NCBI GenBank assembly: GCA_964448935.1
Contig: CAYVBE010000002.1
Coordinates: forward strand, 3,594 to 67,593
Source: an uncultured candidatus Brocadiaceae bacterium
GTDB taxonomy: Bacteria > Planctomycetota > Brocadiia > SM23-32
Direction: 5' to 3'
Length of the DNA stretch: 64,000 nucleotides
Positions 18,950 to 26,793 of the stretch are shown here, one piece after another. The notes under the pieces were generated by a model that worked only from the letters and a program-made list of their open reading frames with translations, did no database searches and had not been told where the DNA came from. Made by a program: the position numbers and the translations under genes. Positions within the stretch are counted from its first letter, which is position 1, and every line of letters starts with the position of its first letter.

Positions 18950-19650
18950 CAAGCTACTTCGCTATCCTGTTGGTGTTGGTTCTTCTGGGCGTCATGACGC
19001 ACGCCGGCCTGCGCGACGGCGCCTTCTTTTCCGTGTACTCGTTGATGCGCAACGGGATCGCCTTCCTCGGCGCCCTGACCTTCTGCCGACCGCTGGGAGG
19101 GTTTGCTGCCAACCTCGCGGGCGGCGCGCCCCCTACGCGGAACTACTTTATCGCCCTCTCGTTCGCCTTTCTTGTGGGCGGTCTCATCATCTTCCTACGC
19201 TGGCTGAAGATCAAATTTGCCTTTCCCCAGGTGGAGTGTCCGAAGGCCATGGACTGGACCGTGGGGCCGGTAGCCGGCCTGCTGAACGGTATCGTCATAA
19301 CGGGTGTCCTTCTTGTCGGCTGGTCCATGATGCCCTTCGTGAAATACATCCCCCGCGACCTGGGCCACGTAGAGGTCCGGCCCGCCGTGCTGGACACCGG
19401 AGAGCATATGTTGAAGACCTACGGGTTCATTGAACGGCGGATGGGCGGCAATGTGCCGTTTCTGCTCGAAGACGAGCCGATCGTTACCGACGCAGACGGG
19501 AACGGGCGCGTGGACCGCGGGGACAGCTATAAGGACCTGAATCGCAATGGCCGGTGGGACCGCGGATGGCTGTGGAAATACCACCATGCCGCCGACATAC
19601 TGGTGCGAGACCTGGAGGCGCTAGACCTGTCCACCACGCCGGGATCCTGA
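18946..19650 (+). CDS. CvpA-like 4-TM membrane protein with Asp/Asn-rich Ca-binding-like C-terminus
   Basis: ATG 18946 overlaps the upstream stop (ATGA). Hydrophobic N-terminus MTSYFAILLVLVLLGV... and four predicted TM segments. C-terminal DADGNGRVDRGDSYKDLNRNGRWD. The upstream part of track ORF 18553..19650 is an out-of-frame overlap with the previous gene. Confidence 0.65.
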   Translation: MTSYFAILLVLVLLGVMTHAGLRDGAFFSVYSLMRNGIAFLGALTFCRPLGGFAANLAGGAPPTRNYFIALSFAFLVGGLIIFLRWLKIKFAFPQVECPKAMDWTVGPVAGLLNGIVITGVLLVGWSMMPFVKYIPRDLGHVEVRPAVLDTGEHMLKTYGFIERRMGGNVPFLLEDEPIVTDADGNGRVDRGDSYKDLNRNGRWDRGWLWKYHHAADILVRDLEALDLSTTPGS

Positions 19651-19681
19651 CCCTTTCCGCCACTGCGGTATCCGGGAGGCG

Positions 19682-20254
19682 ATGCTGTTCACAATACCCA
19701 ATGCCATTGCGTTTGTGCGGCTCGCCCTCATACCTTTCATTCTTCATCTTTCCCATGCAACGGATGCCGCACACGTGGCGGTCGCAGCCGCCCTGTTCGG
19801 TCTGGCCGCCATCAGCGACTGAGTTGACGGCATGTTGGCCCGCCGGTTGGGAGCGCACAGCACCTTCGGCGTCATCTTTGACCCCCTGGTGGACAAGGTG
19901 ATGGTGCTGGCGGTGCTGTTCGTCTTTGCCGACCTCGGCCTGGTGCCCACGTGGCTCGTCCTGCTCAACATGTTCCGGGAATTCCTGGTCTCCGCGGTGC
20001 GCTACGCCGCCAGCCGCGGCGGGCAGGTCGTCGGCGCCAACTGGATGGGCAAGACGAAGTTCGTGCTGCAGGTCCTCTTCATCCTGGCCGTCTACGCGCA
20101 CATCCTGCTCACTTCTACGGAAACTGGCCTGCCCGGCGGCCGGGCCCTGCTCTTCTGGCTTCTGCTGGGCATAACGCTCCTGTCCTTCGCCTTCCTGGCC
20201 AACTTCATCCGAATGAACCGCAGGGAAGTCTTGCACGAACCACAACAGGCCTGA
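19682..20254 (+). pseudogene. pgsA: CDP-diacylglycerol--glycerol-3-phosphate 3-phosphatidyltransferase (PgsA family) interrupted by one in-frame TGA (19820-19822)
   Basis: ATG 19682 has a GGGAGG SD. Translation: MLFTIPNAIAFVRLALIPFIL...LAAISD*VDGMLARRLGAHSTFGVIFDPLVDK... The stop sits where PgsA proteins carry Trp (E. coli TDWFDG, B. subtilis TDWVDG), inside the DxxDGxxAR...GxxxDxxxD motif. Track ORF 19832..20254 is only the in-frame C-terminal remainder. Confidence 0.75.
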
Positions 20255-20289
20255 ATTACCCGCCGACGGCCCGCAAGCCGCCGATTTGC

Positions 20290-20317
20290 TTGACACTCAC
20301 CCCCGGCAAATTACAAT
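20290..20317 (+). promoter_or_regulatory. Candidate promoter of tRNA-Leu (TTGACA-16 nt-TACAAT)
   Basis: -35 TTGACA at 20290-20295 and -10 TACAAT at 20312-20317. The tRNA 5' end lies about 10 nt downstream. Confidence 0.6.
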
Positions 20318-20327
20318 AAAGAGCAGT

Positions 20328-20415
20328 GCGGATGTGGCGGAACAGGCAGACGCGCTAGGTTCAGGACCTAGTGGGCGAGTAGCCCATGGGGGTTCGAATC
20401 CCCCCATCCGCACCA
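20328..20415 (+). tRNA. tRNA-Leu (anticodon CAG), class II with long variable arm, CCA encoded
   Basis: GCGGATG acceptor pairs with CATCCGC. D-arm GGCGGAACAGGCAGACGCG, anticodon arm CTAGG-TTCAGGA-CCTAG, long variable arm, T-arm GGGGG-TTCGAAT-CCCCC. Close to E. coli tRNA-Leu(CAG) in layout. Confidence 0.9.
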
Positions 20416-20442
20416 TTTTTGTCCGGGACCGGACAAAAATGG
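20413..20442. repeat. Perfect 14-bp inverted repeat overlapping the tRNA CCA end (CCATTTTTGTCCGG-GA-CCGGACAAAAATGG)
   Basis: Read directly from the sequence: arms at 20413-20426 and 20429-20442. Possibly a tRNA transcript terminator or processing hairpin, or a protein-binding palindrome. Confidence 0.7.
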
Positions 20443-20632
20443 TAGAGCAGGAGAGAGGAGCAAGTAGAGAACGACAACGAAACCTCCCGAGTACCCTTTT
20501 CCACACGCCCCACCGAGTTGCCTCTCCTGCGGTCCCCTTTCGACTATCTGCTCGTTTCCTCCCCCCTTCCCCTCTCTGGTTTGCGTCACTGTCCCCCCCG
20601 TGGTAGTCTGGCGCCTCTACTGACAAGCCGCG

Positions 20633-23128
20633 ATGCCGATGAGGGGGAACATACTGATGCTGAACGTTACGACGCCGGACCGGACCTGTGCGCCCCTGGA
20701 TATCGTGCGGATCGCGCCGGAAGCCGAGGGCACTTTCAGCGTTCGCGACGGGCTGAACCGTGAATACTCCAACCTGCCTGCCGACCAACCGGCAGAAGTC
20801 GTCGTCGCGGGTGCCCTGGGTGTCCACCGTGTTTTGCACCTCGATCCCGAGGGGAGACTCTTGGACGAGGCCGTCTTCCGGGTGGACTGCGAGACCGAGA
20901 TAGATGACGAAGGCGGCCGGTTCGCCCGTCTGCTCGATATGCTGACGGATACGATGCTCAAATGGGTCAGCACCGGCCATATCAGCTACCTCCGCATCCA
21001 CTGCAAGCGCTACAAGCACTACGTTTCGTGGCTGCGCGACCACGTCCATGCCTTGAAGGGGATGAAGTACTGGGACGATGACCTGAAGACGGGTATCGAG
21101 CTGTATGCCGACTCCCAGCGCGAGGACGGCATGATATGGGACAAGTGCAAGCAGATGCTTCACTCCTCCCTGCAAACCTGGCGCGACTGGGAGTTTGATT
21201 ACGGCGATTTCATCCGCAAGATTCCCGGCAATCCGAAGCGCCGCTGGCAGCGCATACCCGTGGAGAACGATGTGGAGTTCCTTTTCCTCGAAGGCCTCTA
21301 TTACACCTGGAAGGCGTGCGGCGACAATGAATGGATGAATGGATTGCTGGACAACGCCATACGGGCGGTGCGCTACGCCACCACCGACACCGACTATCGC
21401 TGGAGCGAGAAGTTCCAGCTTCTCAAGCGCGGCTACACCATAGACACGTGGGACTTCCAGTCCGAGGATGACGCCCGGCGCAGCGGGTCCATCATGCGCG
21501 TGCTGCCCGGCGTGACCGAGTTCAACGTCTTCCACGGGGACAACACCGGCATGGCGGCCGGCTGCCGCTACCTGGCGGAGATGCTGACGGTCGCGGGGCG
21601 GGAGGAGGAAGCCGCGGAATTCGAGCAGCTTGCCGACGACCTGCTGCGCCGCCTGGATGAGGTCTCGTGGAACGGCGAGTTCTACACCCACATGGTCCCC
21701 GAGAATCCCGACGCCGACCGCGACCTGGGCGACACACCCACCGACCGCCAGGTCACCATCTCCAACGCCTATGCCGTGAACCGCGGCATCGGCCATGAGA
21801 AGTGCGCCAACATCATCAAATCCTACCAGCGGATTCGGCGGGAGATGCCGTCCACCTCACCGGGCGAGTGGTATAACTGCTATCCGCCGTTCGAGAAAGG
21901 GTTCGCCACCATCTGGGACTACATGAACGCCGGCGTCAGCCCGATATGTGCCGGCGAACTGGCGCGCGGTGCCTTCGAACACGGCTTCGATGACTACGGT
22001 GTGGACATTCTGCGGCGTGTCGGGCTGCTGGGAGAAGAATTCGGCGGGTTCCTGCCCGGCTGCCTCAGGGGCAAGCTACCCGACCGACCCGAGGACATGG
22101 CCCTCCAGACGATGTCGCTCCGGGAGGTAGCGAACGTGGACTTCCACGGTGGCGGCGCCGAGGGCGTGCCCGGCTGGACCGGCGGCGGGGAGAACGACAT
22201 GAGCGGCCTGCCCACCGGACGGAAGGCATTCGCCGGGATCCCCTTCGACGTCATTGATCCGGCCGAGAACGGCCGCCGCGGCGCTCTGGGTATCTCTTCG
22301 CGGCCGGAACACAAGCAGGAGGAGACGCTGGCCGTCAACGCGAAGGCACGGACCATCTACTTGCTCCACAGCGCCCGCCCCGCCTCCGTCGTCGGGCGGC
22401 TGGAAGTCCATTACGCGGACGGGAGCCACGAGACCGAGTACATCCAGCCCGGCCAACAGCTCGAAAGCTGGTTTCTGCCGGCGCCCGACGTCGTCCAGGG
22501 CCGGCCCACCCGGCGGGGCGACTACCGCATCGGCTGGCAGGGGCCCAACCGGAAGTTCCAGAACGTGGGCGTGTTCACCTGGGCCTGGGCCAACCCGCAC
22601 GCGGACAAGGAGATAAGCCATCTGGAGTTCGCGGCTGCCGAGACCGACGCCATATGGTTAATAGTCGGCGTTACCCTATCCGGCGCGGAGCCACACCTGC
22701 CCATGGCGCGTATGGATCACAACATCCCGGACGTATGGGGCGCGGCCGCGATGGTCTACGCCCTCATCGAGGGGTTGGCGGGCATCGTGGACGCCGGCGT
22801 CACCTACGATACCGTGCGGCTGGCGCCCCGCTGGCCCGCTGCCGGGGTCAAGAGGGCCACCGCTTGTGCCCACTATCCGGCCTCCGACGGCTACTGCCGC
22901 TATCGCTACCAGCACGACCGGGAAGCGGGCACGCTGGACGTGTTCGCGGCGGGCAGCGGCGACCGCATAGAGGTGGATCTGCTCCTGCCCGACGGCGCCG
23001 AACCGTCCCGCCTGCTGGTCAACGGTGAGGAGGAACCGGTCAAAACGCGGACCCTTGAAGACTCGCTCTACCTGCTGGTCTCATTCACGGGGCCCGGCGC
23101 CCATCGGCTGGAAGTGGAGATCGGCTGA
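20633..23128 (+). CDS. Uncharacterised large protein, possibly an (alpha/alpha)6 six-hairpin glycosidase-like fold with an inserted beta-sandwich region
   Basis: 830-aa ORF with coherent composition; its antisense ORF was rejected. Helical-repeat-like central region (…LEGLYYTWKACGD…GYTIDTWDF…GDNTGMAAGCRYLAEML…). The C-terminal end (AAMVYALIEGLAGIVDAG…VRLAPRWP…) resembles the ends of GH78/GH15-type enzymes. No signal peptide. The functional call is weak. Alternative start at ATG 20657. Confidence 0.6.
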   Translation: MPMRGNILMLNVTTPDRTCAPLDIVRIAPEAEGTFSVRDGLNREYSNLPADQPAEVVVAGALGVHRVLHLDPEGRLLDEAVFRVDCETEIDDEGGRFARLLDMLTDTMLKWVSTGHISYLRIHCKRYKHYVSWLRDHVHALKGMKYWDDDLKTGIELYADSQREDGMIWDKCKQMLHSSLQTWRDWEFDYGDFIRKIPGNPKRRWQRIPVENDVEFLFLEGLYYTWKACGDNEWMNGLLDNAIRAVRYATTDTDYRWSEKFQLLKRGYTIDTWDFQSEDDARRSGSIMRVLPGVTEFNVFHGDNTGMAAGCRYLAEMLTVAGREEEAAEFEQLADDLLRRLDEVSWNGEFYTHMVPENPDADRDLGDTPTDRQVTISNAYAVNRGIGHEKCANIIKSYQRIRREMPSTSPGEWYNCYPPFEKGFATIWDYMNAGVSPICAGELARGAFEHGFDDYGVDILRRVGLLGEEFGGFLPGCLRGKLPDRPEDMALQTMSLREVANVDFHGGGAEGVPGWTGGGENDMSGLPTGRKAFAGIPFDVIDPAENGRRGALGISSRPEHKQEETLAVNAKARTIYLLHSARPASVVGRLEVHYADGSHETEYIQPGQQLESWFLPAPDVVQGRPTRRGDYRIGWQGPNRKFQNVGVFTWAWANPHADKEISHLEFAAAETDAIWLIVGVTLSGAEPHLPMARMDHNIPDVWGAAAMVYALIEGLAGIVDAGVTYDTVRLAPRWPAAGVKRATACAHYPASDGYCRYRYQHDREAGTLDVFAAGSGDRIEVDLLLPDGAEPSRLLVNGEEEPVKTRTLEDSLYLLVSFTGPGAHRLEVEIG

Positions 23129-23219
23129 CTGACGCATCTCCGCCCTCCCCTTCATTGCGCGGCTTGGTCCGTTATACTGACCGTGTACGCAACCGGCGTC
23201 ATTCTGGGGGAAAAGTATC

Positions 23220-24242
23220 ATGGCCGACACATGCAGGCACGTTGTGCTGGATTCGCGGCCGAAGGGGGAGCCGGAGCTGTCCGATTTCCGCGTTGAGGAA
23301 ACCGATATCCCCGAGCCGGGGCCGAAGGAGTTCCTGGTTCGCGTGGTCTACCTGTCGGTTGATCCCTACATGCGGGGCCTGATCGGCGGGGGTAGCGGCT
23401 ACACGGAGGGCGTCGAGCCCGGCCAGACTATGCCCGGCGGCGCGGTGGGGTTGGTGGAAGCGTCGAACCGGGAGGGATTCGCCGAGGGCGACATCGTCCA
23501 GGGACCCTTTGGGTGGCGGGAATACGCGGTCTCCGACGGCGAAGAGGTGCGCCGGGTAGACCCCGACATGGCGCCCATCAGCACCGCGCTGGGCGTGCTG
23601 GGCATGCCCGGCATGACGGCCTACTTCGGCCTGCTGGACGTAGGGCGGCCGCGGCCGGGGGACTCGGTCTTCGTCAGCGGGGCCGCGGGGGCGGTCGGCT
23701 CCCTGGTGGGCCAGATCGCCCGCATCGCCGGCTGCCGCGTGGCCGGGTCGGCGGGGACGGATGAAAAGGTCCGGTGGCTCACCGAAGAACTCGGCTTCGA
23801 CGAGGCGTTCAACTACAAAGAGGTCAACAACTACCGCCGCAAGGTCCGTCTGGTCTGCCCGGACGGGGTGGACGTGTATTTCGACAACGTCGGCGGGCGG
23901 CTCACGGACTCGGTGTTCCAGAACCTGAACGTCGGCGCGCGCGTCGCCGTCTGCGGCCAGATATCGCAATACAACGCCACCCGCGTGCCGGAAGGCCCGC
24001 GCAAGCTCTGGCATTTGATCATGAACCGCGCCCGCGCCGAGGGTTTCCTGGTATTCGAGTACGAGGACCGCTACGAGGAAGCCCGGCGGCGCATCGCGCG
24101 CTGGATTGACGAGGGACGGGTGAAATACCGCGAGACCTTCGTGGACGGCATCGAGAAGGCGCCCGAGGCGTTCATCGGCCTGTTCCACGGCGACAACATC
24201 GGCAAGATGATCGTGCGCGTCTCCGATGCCCCGACCGGTTAA
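23220..24242 (+). CDS. NADP-dependent alkenal/one oxidoreductase (MDR superfamily, YncB/CurA/PTGR1-like)
   Basis: LSVDPYMRG, LGVLGMPGMTAYFGLLDVGRPRPGDSVFVSGAAGAVGSLVGQIARIAGCRVAGSAGTDEKVRWL.EELGFD, GKMIVRV. Confidence 0.9.
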   Translation: MADTCRHVVLDSRPKGEPELSDFRVEETDIPEPGPKEFLVRVVYLSVDPYMRGLIGGGSGYTEGVEPGQTMPGGAVGLVEASNREGFAEGDIVQGPFGWREYAVSDGEEVRRVDPDMAPISTALGVLGMPGMTAYFGLLDVGRPRPGDSVFVSGAAGAVGSLVGQIARIAGCRVAGSAGTDEKVRWLTEELGFDEAFNYKEVNNYRRKVRLVCPDGVDVYFDNVGGRLTDSVFQNLNVGARVAVCGQISQYNATRVPEGPRKLWHLIMNRARAEGFLVFEYEDRYEEARRRIARWIDEGRVKYRETFVDGIEKAPEAFIGLFHGDNIGKMIVRVSDAPTG

Positions 24243-26623
24243 TCCACCCGCACTTCGCACTCGGCCGCGTCGAGTTCCTCGGAGGTCACACGCACCGCAA
24301 TCCGGCCCGTCCCGCGTCGTGCGCGGACCACTGCCAGGCAGCGCCCAAAGTGCGTTTTGCGCCGGGGCACAAAGTAGGGCTGCTTGCTGACCTGGTCGCC
24401 ATTGTCCATGCCCAGGAACTCGCCCTGTCCGCGCACATTGACGTTCACATGCGTGTCGTAGTCCGGCACGCGACGCACCTCGGCATCAACGGCGTGTATC
24501 TCCAGATGCACCACGTCGTGCCCGTCTCCTGAGACGATCCGGCGGTCCGGGTTCACCGCCAGGGCGACGGCAGGACCGGTTGTCTCCAGCTTCCAGCGGG
24601 CAACCTCGTCTCCGGCATTCCTGCCGACCGCTTCCAGAACGCCCTCTTCGTAAGGGACATACCACTCGACCGTTTGGTTGGCGAAATCGGCCGCTTCGCG
24701 GACGCCGCAAGTCGTGCCGTTCAGCAGAAGCTCCACGGTCTCGCAATTGGTCGGCGTCTCGACATGCACGATATCGCCGGCCTTCTCCGGCCAGTTCCAG
24801 TGGCAGGCAACCCGGGGAGCGTCCCAGGAGAGTTTGCCGCGCGCGATGGGCAGCGAGTCGTCCCGCACCTGAATGCGCACCTCGGGCGCCTCCGACCACG
24901 CGCACTGGAAGAAGTTGCTGCGCGCCTTCGGCCAGCCGCAGGTATCCATCAGGCCGACGCACCAACCGTTCCTCGGCCAGCCTGCCTCTCCCAGGTAGTC
25001 AACGATCGTCCAGACAAGACCGCCGATGACGTAATCGTTCTCCACCACGTCGAGCCACGGATTGCGATCCGGGATGTAGTGGGTCTTCCTCGACTCCCGG
25101 GTCACGTTGAAGAAGGGTCGCGTCTCGGTGCCGAGAATCAGCCGGTCCGGCCGGCGCTCCCGGTCGGAGCCGTAGAAGCTCTCCTGGTAGTTCAGGCTGA
25201 TGATGTCGAGCTCACGGGCCAGTCCGCTCTCGTTCAGCGCTGCCTCGCGGTTTTCCACATATTGCAGCGCGAGTGTAACGGGCCTGGTGGGGTCCACCTC
25301 GCGGACGCGCTCGGCCAGTTTGCGATATGTGGGCAGGCACTTCTCCGGCTCGGGGTATTCGACCACCTCGTTGCCGACGCTCCAGATGATCACGCAGGGG
25401 TGGTTGCGGTCGCGCAGGAGCATAGCATCCAGGTCCCGCCGCCAGTCCTGCTCGAACGTGGCGTGGGTGCGCTGCAGCCACGGGAGCCAGTCGGCGTGCG
25501 CGTTCCATTTGTCGAACGCCTCGTCGAGGACGAACAACCCCAGTTCGTCACAGAGGTCGAGCACCTCCGGAGCAGGCGGATTGTGGGACATACGGACCGT
25601 GTTAGCACCTATGGCCTTGATGGTCTCCAGCCGCCGGCGCCAGACGGCTTTCGGCACCGCCGCCCCAACACAGCCGCCATCGTGATGGATATTGCCGCCC
25701 TTCAGCGTAGTCAGCTCGCCGTTCAGCAGGAAGCCGCGGTCGGGGTCGAACTCGATTTCCCGGATGCCAAAGCGCGTCTGCACGCTGTCAACCGTGCTCC
25801 CGTCCGGGCCAGTCACACTGCAGACCGCCCGGTAGAGTTCGGGCGATGCGGGTGACCACAGTCTCGGGTTGCGCACGGCCAGCCGCTGGTCGGTCCGGGC
25901 TTCCCCGGCGGCCGGCGCGGTCAGCTCGCTGGACGTGGCAGCTACCTGCTCCCCGTCCGGGTCCAGGATCATCGTCTGCAGTCGGGCGGCGACGCCGTCC
26001 GACCCCGCATTTGCGATCGTAGTGCGCACCCGTACGGTGGCGGCCTCCGTCAGTGCGTTCTCCGTTGTAATGTGGACGCCCCACGGCTCCATGGCCACCC
26101 TGTCCGTGATCACCAGCCGGACGTGCCGATAGATGCCGGACCCGGAGTACCACCGGCAGTTGGGCTGATCGGAGTTATCCGCCCGCACGGCGATCAGGTT
26201 CACCTCACCCGGCTTCAGATGGTCGGTCAGCTCGTAGCGGAAGGTGGCGTAGCCGTAGTGGCGATGCCCGAGATGGGCGCCGTTACACCAGACGTCGCTG
26301 TTGCGGTAAACCCCGTCGAACTCAATGTATACGCGCCTGTCCCGCAGGTCCGGTGCAACGGAGAAGCGCTTTCGATACCACCCCACCCCGCCGGGCAGGT
26401 AGCCTCCCGTGCTCCCGGCAGGTGCGTCGCGGTCGAACGGCTGCAGAATGCTGTAGTCATGCGGGGTCTGGATCACCTGCCACCCCCGGTCATCGAAGCC
26501 GGGCTGTTCGGCGTGGATAGATTCGCCATCGCTTTCCAGGAAGAACCGCCAATCGAAGTCGAAGCAGATGCTCCGCCTTTCCTCGTCTTGTCCAACACGC
26601 GTCATGCCTTGTTCAGGGATCAT
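24239..26623 (-). CDS. Glycoside hydrolase family 2 (beta-galactosidase/beta-glucuronidase-like)
   Basis: FDFDWRFF, WQVIQTPHDYSI, GVGWYRKRF, YIEFDGVYRNSDVWCNGAHLG, NTVRMSHNPP, FVLDEAF, RDRNHPCVIIWSVGNEV. I trimmed the start to ATG 26623; the first 48 codons of track ORF 24239..26767 have no family support. Confidence 0.85.
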   Translation of the reverse strand: MIPEQGMTRVGQDEERRSICFDFDWRFFLESDGESIHAEQPGFDDRGWQVIQTPHDYSILQPFDRDAPAGSTGGYLPGGVGWYRKRFSVAPDLRDRRVYIEFDGVYRNSDVWCNGAHLGHRHYGYATFRYELTDHLKPGEVNLIAVRADNSDQPNCRWYSGSGIYRHVRLVITDRVAMEPWGVHITTENALTEAATVRVRTTIANAGSDGVAARLQTMILDPDGEQVAATSSELTAPAAGEARTDQRLAVRNPRLWSPASPELYRAVCSVTGPDGSTVDSVQTRFGIREIEFDPDRGFLLNGELTTLKGGNIHHDGGCVGAAVPKAVWRRRLETIKAIGANTVRMSHNPPAPEVLDLCDELGLFVLDEAFDKWNAHADWLPWLQRTHATFEQDWRRDLDAMLLRDRNHPCVIIWSVGNEVVEYPEPEKCLPTYRKLAERVREVDPTRPVTLALQYVENREAALNESGLARELDIISLNYQESFYGSDRERRPDRLILGTETRPFFNVTRESRKTHYIPDRNPWLDVVENDYVIGGLVWTIVDYLGEAGWPRNGWCVGLMDTCGWPKARSNFFQCAWSEAPEVRIQVRDDSLPIARGKLSWDAPRVACHWNWPEKAGDIVHVETPTNCETVELLLNGTTCGVREAADFANQTVEWYVPYEEGVLEAVGRNAGDEVARWKLETTGPAVALAVNPDRRIVSGDGHDVVHLEIHAVDAEVRRVPDYDTHVNVNVRGQGEFLGMDNGDQVSKQPYFVPRRKTHFGRCLAVVRARRGTGRIAVRVTSEELDAAECEVRVD

Positions 26624-26793
26624 CTGGTTCTCGGGTTCTGATTGCCGGTTTTGAATGCGTCGGGTCTGAGTTGACCAGATAACGTGCCGCCTGTCAAGGC
26701 GGACCCCGCATCGTGGGCTTTGCGCCTGTTGCGGCGGGGACTTAGAATGGGCCGTTGCTGTCACCAAGGGTATTTAACGGAAGGTGCTGGCTG

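Noticed and set aside
19820-19822. Genome-wide TGA=Trp (code 4/25) or selenocysteine as the explanation of the pgsA TGA
   Set aside because: Many genes in the window end at TGA at family-consistent lengths, and no other gene is split by TGA. The position is a conserved Trp, not a Cys or redox site, and I see no SECIS-like hairpin immediately downstream.
20328-20632. tRNA-Leu as an attachment site of an integrated element
   Set aside because: There is no integrase, no repeated copy of the tRNA 3' end, and no phage or conjugation genes in the flanks. Downstream genes are ordinary metabolic genes.
20297-21796. 499-aa minus-strand ORF, plus the small ORFs 20286..20606 (+) and 20368..20589 (-)
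   Set aside because: The long ORF is antisense to the 830-aa gene and runs through the tRNA-Leu gene. The small ORFs overlap the tRNA and the polypyrimidine tract and have implausible composition.
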